Shown one piece after another: positions 44,242 to 53,995 of a stretch of 64,000 nt of DNA. This DNA is from an uncultured virus (IMG/VR IMGVR_UViG_3300037493_005562) (lineage: Duplodnaviria > Heunggongvirae > Uroviricota > Caudoviricetes). A program made the position numbers and the translations under genes. Position 1 is the first letter of the stretch; every line of letters starts with the position of its first letter. A model generated the notes under the pieces. It saw only the letters and a program-made list of their open reading frames with translations. It searched no databases and had not been told where the DNA came from. The stretch lies in the IMG/VR virus record IMGVR_UViG_3300037493_005562, one strand, 5' to 3'.

Positions 44242-45923
44242 CGGGGGGAAGGCGTGCTCGGGCGACGCGGCCACGATCCCCGGCGACGCTGCCGGGTTTC
44301 CGTTTCGCTCGGCTCGCTTCCGTTCGAGGGAGCGGCATCGAGCCGCGCGTCGCCTTCGCCTTCGCCTTCGCCTTCGCCTTCGCCTTCGCCTTCGCCTTCG
44401 CCTTCGCCTTCGCCTTCGCCTTCGCCTTCAGGTTCGCCTTCGGGTTCGCCTTCTTCGGGCTCATCCTCGACCATCAGCCCCGACGCACGCTCCCACGCAG
44501 ACAGGGCGTCGAGGACCACAACCGCAGCGGTAGCGTCTTGGTCGCCCGACGCTGCGCGGTGTCCGAAGAAGTCACATACCGTTGCCCACGCCGAGTCGAG
44601 GATCTCTTCTTCTGTGAGAACGGGAGGCGGAGGGGAGGGAGCCGCTACGACCTGCTTGGCGCGCTCCACGCGAAGCGCTTCCTGCACCATCAGTTGGATC
44701 TGCTCCAGTGACGCAGAAGATGGGGCGGTCGGCGGTGTGGCCGCAGGCGCGGTGGCCGCCGGAGGCATGCCCTTGATGAAGCCCGTACCTGCCGCCGAAG
44801 AGGGAAGAGGACCCGTAGGCGAAGACGAGACCGTCTGCCCCTTGCTGAGGATCACGTCGGTCTTGTTGTGGATTCCGGCTTCCGCCACGTCAATCATCAT
44901 GTTGATCGCTGCGAGTTCCCGTTCCTTCCACGTAGACGTCTCTTCTTCCCACATCGCCATCATGATCTTCGAGTTCGTGTACCAGTAAAGGTAGGCAACA
45001 CGCCACTTCGCCGGAGACTCAGTCAGGAGGAGGATGTTCACGGGCCAGAGACATCGAGACGTCGCTCGGGGAACCTTCTGGCTACCCTTCAGGTACCCGT
45101 AATGGGTGAAGTTGCGCGTCTCGGGGCGCGTGTCGAGTATTCGGATGTTGGCACCGCTTGGGATCGGAACCGTAAGTATGGTCCCCCGCTGCGGGGCGCG
45201 ACTGGTCATGGACAGCAGGATCTTGTCGGCGACGAAGAACCCCGTGACCCACTCCTTTTCGGGAGGTTTCGGCGGAACGACTACCTTTTTTGGCTCGTTC
45301 TCGTCCAGAACCGTGATGATCAGAGGGTTCGACGGAGTACCGGGTGCGGCAGCCGAGGTTTCCGGCGGGGGAACGAAACGCGCCATCGGCGGAGGTAGCT
45401 GTGCTTCAAGCCCAGGGGGGATAACGAAGCCACCGCTCGCGCCTCCCGGAGAGCGTCCCGCCTGAGTGGGGGCGATTCCAGCTCCAGCTTTCTGCGGTAC
45501 CATCCCTGCTACAGGGGGCGCGCCTCCTTTGCCTCCCGAACTTGGCCCCGTATCAGGGATCGCGACGGGAGATCCCGCAGGAGGAAGAGCCTCCCCTCCG
45601 GGACCACTCATGATGCGGTTCATCAGGCTTTGAACACTTGAGGTACTTCCAAACATACCTCCGCTCATGCCACCCATGCCGCCGCCCATGCCTCCCATCA
45701 TTCCCCCTGCACCGCTCGCCATGCTTGCAGGCGGAACGAGGCTGGCCGGGAACATGGCGTTGCGCGGGGCCCCCGGGATGCCCGAGGCATTGGTGGGGCG
45801 AGTCGTTTTTTCAAGCAGCACTTCGATCGGGCAGCCCTCACGAATAGGGTGCTTCACACCCTCAACTACGACGTACGCGACCCCTGCTTCGATTTCGACT
45901 GTTCCCTGCACGCGGACCCCCAC
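44238..45923 (-). CDS. Large low-complexity protein with (EG)n tract
   Basis: Long ORF; Gly/Met/Pro-rich segments. Confidence 0.65.
   Translation of the reverse strand: MGVRVQGTVEIEAGVAYVVVEGVKHPIREGCPIEVLLEKTTRPTNASGIPGAPRNAMFPASLVPPASMASGAGGMMGGMGGGMGGMSGGMFGSTSSVQSLMNRIMSGPGGEALPPAGSPVAIPDTGPSSGGKGGAPPVAGMVPQKAGAGIAPTQAGRSPGGASGGFVIPPGLEAQLPPPMARFVPPPETSAAAPGTPSNPLIITVLDENEPKKVVVPPKPPEKEWVTGFFVADKILLSMTSRAPQRGTILTVPIPSGANIRILDTRPETRNFTHYGYLKGSQKVPRATSRCLWPVNILLLTESPAKWRVAYLYWYTNSKIMMAMWEEETSTWKERELAAINMMIDVAEAGIHNKTDVILSKGQTVSSSPTGPLPSSAAGTGFIKGMPPAATAPAATPPTAPSSASLEQIQLMVQEALRVERAKQVVAAPSPPPPVLTEEEILDSAWATVCDFFGHRAASGDQDATAAVVVLDALSAWERASGLMVEDEPEEGEPEGEPEGEGEGEGEGEGEGEGEGEGEGEGEGDARLDAAPSNGSEPSETETRQRRRGSWPRRPSTPSPR
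44350..44457. repeat. 6-bp microsatellite (GCCTTC)n encoding poly-(EG)
   Basis: About 13 consecutive units plus degenerate copies. Confidence 0.9.
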
Positions 45924-46017
45924 TCTACGGGTATGGGCAACGGGTACGAGTATTCTTTGTTGACTATATCGTCAACCCTTATTTTAGGAGATCCTGCCCT
46001 AGTTTGTGACTTTAGGA

Positions 46018-46065
46018 GTTTACGACCAAAAACAGGGTTTACGACCAAAAACAGGGTTTACGACC
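46018..46065 (+). repeat. 19-bp tandem repeat x2.5 (GTTTACGACCAAAAACAGG)
   Basis: Directly visible in a divergent intergenic region. Confidence 0.8.
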
Positions 46066-46117
46066 GACAGGCCCCCCCCCAGGGGCCACCCCCCACCATC
46101 CCCTCGACGGGCTCTCC

Positions 46118-46146
46118 TTGACACTGGTAGCCAAATCGGTTACATA
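46118..46146 (+). promoter_or_regulatory. Promoter TTGACA-N17-TACATA with operator
   Basis: GTAGCCAAATCGGTTAC. Confidence 0.7.
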
Positions 46147-46220
46147 TAAAGCAACGGTGGACCTCTCCATCGAGTCAGAAACCTCTCTTTTTACCTAAAC
46201 CCCCCCCTTCGGAGTGTGCA

Positions 46221-46553
46221 GTGAGTCTGATCACGAATGCCAGTAACAAGAGCGAAATTGAGGCGTGGGCCCTTGCCTATCCAATCTTCGCGGTCGCCGT
46301 GGGACAGTTCCTCGTGAACGTGTTCCAGGGCAAGGTGGCGCGGGTCATTCCCGAGGGCTTCGGCCCGAATCAGCGCGCCGTCGTGTGGTGGGCCGAAGCA
46401 AACCCGCTGACGGCTCAGTTTCTGTTCATGCGGATCGGACCCCAGATCCTCAAGGCGGCGCAGGCGCAGTCGGCGCTGGTGTCGGTTTCCGCAGAAGACA
46501 TCGCCGCCGCCCTTCAGGACGTGGCCGATGCCGAGGAAGTCGAAGAGTCGTGA
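46221..46553 (+). CDS. Hypothetical protein
   Basis: GGAG RBS; first gene after promoter. Confidence 0.65.
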   Translation: MSLITNASNKSEIEAWALAYPIFAVAVGQFLVNVFQGKVARVIPEGFGPNQRAVVWWAEANPLTAQFLFMRIGPQILKAAQAQSALVSVSAEDIAAALQDVADAEEVEES

Positions 46554-46746
46554 GCGCCGTAGCCACCAAAGCGTTGCGTCCAGGGGTACGCCGCCTCAGC
46601 ATCGAGGTGGTCGTCTCCGACGAGGATCTCGTAGCCTTTTCCCGCTATCGGGAGAGGGAGTACGGAGAAACCGAGCCCGCGACGTGGGACGATCTCCGTG
46701 CAGCACTGGAGATTGGTGCGGGCAACACGCTTCAGGAGGTGACGTC

Positions 46747-47160
46747 GTGAGCGCAACGCCTGCCATTCCTGTTGCCATCCCTGTCGCCGTTCCCAAGTAC
46801 GATCCTGGGAACCCGACACATCGGCGGGCGCTGGCGTCCGCTCTGATCGAGGCCCTGAAGACAGCGGGCTTCCTTGAGGATCAGGCTCGCTCGGCTACTG
46901 AGGAACGAGTCTTTACTCGTGGCATTGAAGGCACGCGAGGGAAGATCGTCGTCTATACGACGATCCGAAACGACGCGGTACGGGATGAGGGATCGGATGC
47001 GATCCACGTTGCGGGCGTCGTCGAGGAGAAAGGCGTCTTTCGGAACAGGCCCGTCCACCGCACGGGTACGATCCCGGCGATTGTTGAACGGACCTTGGAG
47101 CGAGCCCGCGAGACGTGGGCAGGCGTACGGGACCAACACAAACAGAGGGGACGCGCGTGA
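46747..47160 (+). CDS. Hypothetical protein
   Basis: AGGAGGT RBS; GTGA overlaps. Confidence 0.6.
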   Translation: MSATPAIPVAIPVAVPKYDPGNPTHRRALASALIEALKTAGFLEDQARSATEERVFTRGIEGTRGKIVVYTTIRNDAVRDEGSDAIHVAGVVEEKGVFRNRPVHRTGTIPAIVERTLERARETWAGVRDQHKQRGRA

Positions 47161-47684
47161 ACATTTTTCTTATCTTCGGAACCCCTGTGCGCTCGGAGGG
47201 ACGTACGTTCCCGACCGTGAATGAAAACGCGTGTCGCGACGTGGTTTGTAACCTCCCGCTTTCCGGAACGAGGCTCTTCACCCCGCCCAACGAGAGGTTC
47301 GTCCCGTTGTTGCGCTCGCTGCGTCAAGCAGCGGCAGGGAACAGCGCGGCTGCGCAGGGATTCACCCTCGTCTCTGACATCGCGCAGGTACGTCGTCCCT
47401 TCCGTGTCGTATTCATCGGGGGAGGTCTGCGCGAGCTTGAGCTGTTCCAGTCTCTACACGGCCTACTCCCTTGCTTCCCTGTTACTTCGACGGGAGGGGC
47501 GACGGTCGACATGCTCGCCAGTGCCTCCCCCTCGTTCTCGGAGATGACCGCGCGCGACCTGCGTGGCGGAGTTTCGTACAACACGCTGTGGTCTCGGATC
47601 TTGAACGACTACTATCCGACCATCACACGCGCGGAGGTAGCACCGATCGTGTCAGAGCCTCCAGCCGTGATCACCGCACCGTGA
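47157..47684 (+). CDS. Divergent SLOG-like protein
   Basis: VVFIGGG..ELELFQSLHGLLPCFPVTSTGGA. Confidence 0.5.
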   Translation: MNIFLIFGTPVRSEGRTFPTVNENACRDVVCNLPLSGTRLFTPPNERFVPLLRSLRQAAAGNSAAAQGFTLVSDIAQVRRPFRVVFIGGGLRELELFQSLHGLLPCFPVTSTGGATVDMLASASPSFSEMTARDLRGGVSYNTLWSRILNDYYPTITRAEVAPIVSEPPAVITAP

Positions 47685-48394
47685 AACCCTACTACCGGGC
47701 GGTAGCGGGGGTGGAGGTGTTTCACCGGATGGTCTCAGACCCTCAGGTGGCTTCCGATCTGGCGTTCTACGTGACGGGAGGTTCGACAAGTCGAGTCTCT
47801 ACCGCCGCCACGGACATCCAGCGCATGTTGCAGCAACTCAGGAGTGCGATCCCGTACACCTTCGAGCGCAAGCTGGCCGACATGGTGTTTTCTTTGGGGC
47901 TTGACGACAGGCCCCCGCCGCCGGGAGTCTCGATTCCTCCGTTGATCGCCCCGGCGATCTGGATCGGCTTCGAGACTCCGATCCCCCTCTCGTCGGTCGA
48001 GGCTTTGCAGCACGAACAGGCGCTCAACGTCTATAAGCACTGGGAGAGGGGCGAGGTGCTCGGCTTCCTTGTTGCGGATGATAACGGCACCCCCGTCGTT
48101 TTCGAGTTCGTATCGGACGGCCGAGACCCGACGACAAACATCCCTCTTTGGCTCTGTCGCTACATGCTTGACGAGTCCTCGCCTCCCGTACCAGGGTGGT
48201 GTGGGCCGAGAGACTACTTCCCCTGGCGCATTGCGGCACTTATCGGGATCGTGCAGGACGCCGATGAGAGCGTGGTCATCGAGCAGACGAAAGCCTCCTA
48301 CGGTCTCCGTCGAGAACGAGAACAGGTCGAACGTAGAACGCGTACAAACTTGTCGGGACTAACGACGGGGTACACGGTGCGTTTGCGCGAGTGA
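47681..48394 (+). CDS. Hypothetical protein
   Basis: GTGA overlap. Confidence 0.55.
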   Translation: MKPYYRAVAGVEVFHRMVSDPQVASDLAFYVTGGSTSRVSTAATDIQRMLQQLRSAIPYTFERKLADMVFSLGLDDRPPPPGVSIPPLIAPAIWIGFETPIPLSSVEALQHEQALNVYKHWERGEVLGFLVADDNGTPVVFEFVSDGRDPTTNIPLWLCRYMLDESSPPVPGWCGPRDYFPWRIAALIGIVQDADESVVIEQTKASYGLRREREQVERRTRTNLSGLTTGYTVRLRE

Positions 48395-48465
48395 TCCCCC
48401 CTGCCTACCACATCGCGCCTCGTCGCGCTATACTTCGCGGGACACCACTCCCCGGAGCGTACTCC

Positions 48466-49752
48466 GTGTCCAGGATACTCGCACACAAGATCGCTCTTGA
48501 TCCCAGCCCCGACCAGCGCGTAGCGCTGGCGAAGGCCGCTGGCTGTGCGCGAGTCGCTTACAACTGGGGTCTCGCGGAGTGGACTCGTCAGTATGCCGCT
48601 CACAAGGTAGATCCTACCCTTCCTAAGCCGAATGGTGCCGCGCTTCGGAAGCAGTGGAACTCCGTAAAACACGAGCTGTTTCCCTGGGTGTCGGAGTCCC
48701 CGAAGGATGCGAACATCGAAGCGCTGTTCGACTTGGAGAAAGCGTTCAAGTCGTTCTTCGAAAAACGTACGAAGTACCCTAAGTTCCACTCGAAGCGGAA
48801 GAACACTCCCAGTTTCGGAGTGAGCAACGACAAGTTCCGCTTCGCGGGTAAGAAGGTTCGCCTGCCTGTGATCGGGTGGATCAAGACACGTGAGGCACTA
48901 CGCTTCGAAGGGAAGATCCTCTCGGGTCGAGTGACGTGCCGACGAGGTCGATGGCATCTATCTGTTCACGTCGAACTTCCGGAAAGCTACGCGAGACATG
49001 CAGCGCCTACGGATACGATCGTAGGTATTGATCTCGGGGTGTTGACGCTCGCGACCCTCTCGAACGGGACGGTGATCGAGAACCCTCGCGCTCTACGCAA
49101 CGCACAAAAACGACTGCATCGTGCTGAACTGTCCGTCGCTAGGAAACGTCGTGCATCGGACAAGAAACGCGGCGAACGCAAGAAGGGCGAAAAGCGCGAA
49201 ACGTCGAAACGACTACACGCGGCGTATCGAAAGCTGTCTCGCGTTCACGTCGATGTGGCGGCGGTTCGAGCAGATGTGATCCACAAAACGACGACGAAGA
49301 TCGCCGAGACCTTCCAGACCGTCGTCGTTGAGGATCTCGCGGTCCGCAATATGACACGTCGTGCGAAAGGTCGCGGGCGCGCTGCGAAGGCGGGGCTGAA
49401 CCGTTCGATTCTCGACGTGGGGTTTGGCGAGTTTCGTCGTCAACTCACCTACAAGCTCCCTCTTCATGGTGGGACGCTCATCGTCGCAGATCGCTTTTTT
49501 GCATCTTCGAAGACCTGTTCCGGCTGCGGAACGGTCAAGAAGGACTTGAGTTTGAAGGACCGCACTTTCACGTGCGGAGCCTGTAGCCTGTCAGTCAATC
49601 GTGACTTGAACGCGGCTTGCAATCTACGTACCCTCGGCTTGAGGGGAACTAACGCGCGCGGACATCGTGGAAGACCAACTGGAGACTCGTCTCCGGCGGC
49701 AACGGTGGTTGAAACGCGAACTCAAACACTGCACACTTGTGTGCACGTTTAA
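48466..49752 (+). mobile_element. tnpB: Solo TnpB RNA-guided endonuclease (IS607 or IS200/IS605 type), no TnpA
   Basis: AHKIALDP..AAGCARVAYNWGL; RuvC VGIDLGV, VVVEDL, NRDLNAA; Zn finger SSKTCSGCG..CGAC. Confidence 0.92.
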
Positions 49753-49766
49753 GGAAGCAGTATTTT

Positions 49767-50645
49767 ATGCGTCGTTTCAAGGCTCCTATGTTCGTCACGG
49801 GGAGCACTCGTTCCCTCGGCCGCATCGTTGACGGCGTGGTGGCTCCGGCTCGCAACGTACCTGGATGTGGCTCTGTCTTCTTCATCCCAGATCCCGTGCG
49901 CCCCCCTCCCGTGGGCTGGCTGCCGGTAGAGCAACCCGTTCCGTCAGGCCACTGCCTCGTGGAACTGTCCGACGATGCCGAGGTGCCTGAGGGGTGGCGG
50001 TTTATCGGGGACGTAGAGAGCCACCCCCCCGTTATTTCTCACGGCCTCCATGCGCAAAACGCAAGGCTCAAGGTCGTGGACGTGGCCCGCGCCGCGCGCG
50101 AAGTGGAGGCAGCAAAGGCTCGGGCAGAGGCCGAAGCTCAGGCCATCGTAGCCGCAGCCGCAAAAGCAGTGGCCGACGCCGAGGCGCGAGTGATTGCCGA
50201 GGCCGAGGCCGCAGCCAAAGCAGTGGCCGACGTAGAGGCCGCGACAAAGGCATATCTTGAAGCCGAAGCCGCGCGTGAAGCGGAAGCTGTGCGCGAAGCC
50301 ACGCGTGAAGCGGAAGCTGTACGTGAAGCGGAAGCCGCACGTGAAGCCGAAGCCGCGCGTGAAGCGGAAGCTGTACGTGAGGCGGAAGCCGCTCGGGCGG
50401 CCGAAGCCGCGCGCGAAGCCGAGGCTGTACGTGAAGCGGAAGCTGTGCGCGAAGCGGAAGCCGCGCGTGAGGCCGAAGTGCTGCGTGAAGCAGTGCGTGC
50501 AGCCGTGCGCGAAGCCGTCGCAGCATCGACGGTTCAGGATCCCGTCGTAGAAGGGGCGGCGCAGGTCGAGGCCCCCGTCGTGTCGGAGGAGGTCCCTCTC
50601 GCAGAGGATGCCGTGAAGAAGCCCGCGAGGAAGCGTAAGCGCTAA
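49767..50645 (+). CDS. Hypothetical protein with (REAEAV/A)n helical repeats
   Basis: 18-bp repeat array at ~50260-50515. Confidence 0.65.
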   Translation: MRRFKAPMFVTGSTRSLGRIVDGVVAPARNVPGCGSVFFIPDPVRPPPVGWLPVEQPVPSGHCLVELSDDAEVPEGWRFIGDVESHPPVISHGLHAQNARLKVVDVARAAREVEAAKARAEAEAQAIVAAAAKAVADAEARVIAEAEAAAKAVADVEAATKAYLEAEAAREAEAVREATREAEAVREAEAAREAEAAREAEAVREAEAARAAEAAREAEAVREAEAVREAEAAREAEVLREAVRAAVREAVAASTVQDPVVEGAAQVEAPVVSEEVPLAEDAVKKPARKRKR

Positions 50646-50666
50646 CCTCGGGCAGGGGCGCCCACG

Positions 50667-51074
50667 TTACGGCACGTCATCGAACGAGAAGTATTCGGCC
50701 ACTTCGCCCATCACGTCGCGCTCGATGTTCTCTTTGATCCAGGATTCGGTCGGAGCGTCGACGTGCTTGTGCGCGTGCTGCCAACCGAGGGACACGCCTC
50801 GTTCGACACACTCAGAGAGCAGTTTGTAGGCGTTGACCTTGATCACGGGCATCGTGATCTTGGCGGGCGGCTTCTCGGGGACCGGCTCGGGGTCCGCCGT
50901 AGGCGCCAGCAGGGCATCACGTACCTTGTTGAGCGTCGACATCACCTCGTCGAGCACGCTGGATGTGACCAGCACAGCGGTCCGCGAGCCCCCACCTTCG
51001 ACGTCGCCCTTCAGGCGACCTTGGAGCAAGCTGATGGCGACGGCTAGTTGGGCGTCGCGTTCGTTGACGTCGCT
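50667..51074 (-). CDS. Hypothetical protein
   Basis: MSDVNERD start with TGATG coupling. Confidence 0.55.
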   Translation of the reverse strand, partial: SDVNERDAQLAVAISLLQGRLKGDVEGGGSRTAVLVTSSVLDEVMSTLNKVRDALLAPTADPEPVPEKPPAKITMPVIKVNAYKLLSECVERGVSLGWQHAHKHVDAPTESWIKENIERDVMGEVAEYFSFDDVP

Positions 51075-51627
51075 CATGAGCACACTCCCGTTGTCCAGTA
51101 GTACAGGAACACGAAAGGGCCGCTTACAGCGACTAGGAGCTGGGTGACCAGAAGGCCCAGGACGAGAAGGAGCACCGCACCGAACGCGTTCGCCTCGTTC
51201 GATTGTTTGTCGGTGTTCCAGGCGCACGGCGGGCACATATACGTGAACGTGTAAAACGCGCCGTTGGAGCCGGAACGGACCGGCTGCAAGGACTTGCGGT
51301 CGAACGCCGAAGAGCACTTCGCGCAGAGCGCTTCATTTGCGGCCAGGGCGCTCACGACTCACGTACGTGAACGCCGTACCACTGCCGGTGGGCCTGCGCG
51401 TTGTAGCAGCACCCGTCGTGATGTTCAGGCTCGTCACACAGGAGCCCGCTCGGGCTCTGGTGGGAGCAGCCGAGGATGCCCTTGGGTTTCGGGGCGGCGT
51501 CGGGGATCGGAGTTTCAGCAGACTTCTTGGTCGCGCGACCGTACAGCACGGCGGCGGCCACGAGGCCCACAACGACGAGCCCGGTGACGAAGTGTTTCGG
51601 CGAAGGAGATGGGGTAGGCATACCCCA

Positions 51628-51655
51628 TATGTAACCGATTAAGACACGCTGTCAA
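51628..51655 (-). promoter_or_regulatory. Promoter TTGACA-N16-TACATA with degenerate operator
   Basis: GTGTCTTAATCGGTTAC. Confidence 0.65.
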
Positions 51656-51912
51656 GTTCGGCGTTACGCCGCCCTGGGACCGGGGGGGTTGTCGTAAAAG
51701 CCCATTTCTTGGGCTTCGGACGTTAACTCCGCGAGAAGTCCGGACACGTCGACCACGACCTTTCCGACGCGACAGTACGGACAGGGAACGCCGAGCGTCC
51801 AAGGTCCCCAGGTGGAAGGGCAAGTGTCACACCGCACAAGTAGCGCGCAGTCGTGCTTGGGGTTCGCCGTGACCGAACCACACTTTGAGCACTTGTTGGG
51901 ATCTTGTCCCAC

Positions 51913-52302
51913 CTACGCTGCCCGACGCCGAGCTTTAGAGACCTTCTTACGAACGTTCCGAGATACGGCGCGGGATGCGCCGAGGGACCGGCTGCTCCGA
52001 CTCAACTGCATCGAGGCGTAGATCAGAGCCGCGCCGATCGCCACGGCAATCGCGATTGCGAGGATTACGAGTCCGATCTTTATCGCCGCGCTCATAGATC
52101 GAGCCCCGTCGCCTACGGCGTCGAGTCGCTGCTTCAGCTCCGGGGAGATCGTGTGGACGACTTCGATAGCCCCCACGGAGTCCTGGGCCTCATACCCGCC
52201 GACACCTGTACCGGGCGCCATGTCGATCACGACCTTGGAGCGGTCTCGTGCCGCCTTCAAGTTCGACTTGAGCTTCCCAATCACGATGCGATCACCGGCC
52301 AT
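51913..52302 (-). CDS. Small membrane protein with basic C-terminus
   Basis: GGAG RBS; IGLVILAIAIAVAIGAALIY. Confidence 0.55.
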   Translation of the reverse strand: MAGDRIVIGKLKSNLKAARDRSKVVIDMAPGTGVGGYEAQDSVGAIEVVHTISPELKQRLDAVGDGARSMSAAIKIGLVILAIAIAVAIGAALIYASMQLSRSSRSLGASRAVSRNVRKKVSKARRRAA

Positions 52303-52331
52303 GTGGTGTTCTCCGTTCCGGGGGGAGCGTA

Positions 52332-53849
52332 TCACGCTGCGAGGATCTGCGCGATCATCTCGGGCGGCATTGGTTCCCGGCTTCCAGGTCCGAGCGGGAT
52401 CACGGGGAAGACTGTTGCCGCTTCGCGCCGTGCGTTGTTCGTCCCCCAGGCGCGGAGCACGTCAGCGGCTGCATAAATCTCCGTGAAGTACGCGTGTGGA
52501 ATTTCGATCTCCGGGGACTCAGCCTCGTACCCCGCCTCCGCGCCGATGTAGCCCGTTCCGTTCTGAAACCCCCACCAGCGCGTTCGGGCCAGGAAGTCTG
52601 GCGTGGCCCTCGTGAAGTACACGATGGCCTGTATCGCATCGACGACTTCCTGGGGGATGTGGATCCCTTCGGGCTCTGGCTGGAAGGGTTCGGGTTCTGG
52701 TTCGAAGGGTTCGGGCTCGAAACGGCGCTCCGGGCAGTCAATACCTTTTCCAGGATCGTGGGGGGCGTCTGTCCCCACCTCGGGAACGGGAGCGGCCCGA
52801 GGTTTCAGACTGATAGGGAAATTGACTTCCAGCTCGTCCTCGTCCTCGTCCTCGTCCAGGTTCCAGGGCCGCACTGGAGGCAAGGGTTTCGTCGAGATTA
52901 CAGGGAGCAAGACAGGGGAAAACCCGAAGGGTGGCGGGGGTGCCTGAATCGGGTTTTGCACAGCGTGCGGTGACGATACTCGCTGCGTTGGTCGCGCCGG
53001 AGGCTTCGTTGGCGCGAGCACAGGAGTGGTGGGGGGAAGCGCACGGGCTCCGTCTCGGTACGGCTGCGCCCGAGCAGCGTGTCGTTCTGCGTTTTTTGCG
53101 GCCTCAGCGCCGGAGATCGCCGAGGTTCCGGCCAGCCTCGCGAGGGGATCTGCCAGCTTCGCGGGAGGTTCTACCAGCTTCGCAGGCGGTTCTGCCGGAG
53201 CGACGGTTGTATCCCTGCGAGCCAGAGCCGCTTTTTGTGCCGCCATGCTTTCCAGTTTCTTGTCGAGGTTCTCAGACCGAGATCCTTTCCGGAGTTCCGC
53301 AGGTTTCAAACCAAGCCCGTACTGTTCGCACACGCGTTGAAACGTACGCCATGCCGTGCCGTATTGACTCTTCGCCTTGATCTTCAGGTCGAGTCCGTCG
53401 ATGAACTCAGCTACAGCTACGGGATCTGAGATGTCTCGAACCTCACGCAAGATTCTGCGAACGTACGTAGTGTAGGATTCCATCGTGCTTGCGGTGAGAG
53501 AACCTTCGGCCTCAATCACACTAACGAACGCCTCAATCTCCGAACGGTAGGCGTCGAGTTCTAGCGGGTGGTGTACCCACTCCAACTCTGCGGGTTCGCC
53601 AAGGTCGTACTGTCTACAGACGCGGCAGAAGGTACGCCAAGCTGTGCGGTAGCTCGTATCACTCTTTTTTTTACCCTTTTCAAAGAAGGCGATACCTTCT
53701 TTGACGGCGTCGACGCTCGACATATCTGTAATGAGTATGAGGAGTCGTTTGACCCTTCCCGCGTAAAGAGCCACGTTCTGAGGTCTCAGCTTACCCTCGG
53801 AAGTAAGCGCCACAGAGAAGGCTTTGACGATGGGGGGTGTGGCTGACAC
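52332..53849 (-). CDS. Protein with two tandem integrase SAM-like core-binding domains
   Basis: LRPQNVALYAGRVKRL..SYRTAWRTF and LTASTMESYTTYVRRIL..QYGTAWRTF. Confidence 0.55.
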   Translation of the reverse strand: MSATPPIVKAFSVALTSEGKLRPQNVALYAGRVKRLLILITDMSSVDAVKEGIAFFEKGKKKSDTSYRTAWRTFCRVCRQYDLGEPAELEWVHHPLELDAYRSEIEAFVSVIEAEGSLTASTMESYTTYVRRILREVRDISDPVAVAEFIDGLDLKIKAKSQYGTAWRTFQRVCEQYGLGLKPAELRKGSRSENLDKKLESMAAQKAALARRDTTVAPAEPPAKLVEPPAKLADPLARLAGTSAISGAEAAKNAERHAARAQPYRDGARALPPTTPVLAPTKPPARPTQRVSSPHAVQNPIQAPPPPFGFSPVLLPVISTKPLPPVRPWNLDEDEDEDELEVNFPISLKPRAAPVPEVGTDAPHDPGKGIDCPERRFEPEPFEPEPEPFQPEPEGIHIPQEVVDAIQAIVYFTRATPDFLARTRWWGFQNGTGYIGAEAGYEAESPEIEIPHAYFTEIYAAADVLRAWGTNNARREAATVFPVIPLGPGSREPMPPEMIAQILAA

Positions 53850-53995
53850 TTTTCGAGTCTACTTTGGTGCGGTCACACGTGCCAGTGTTCCGCACCAAAA
53901 GGACCGCACCTGATTGTCAACTTCCGTGTAGGTGGCTACACTCGACAGGTCTTGGATTCGCACGCCCGAGAGATCCTTCAAGGAGTCGCCCTAAA

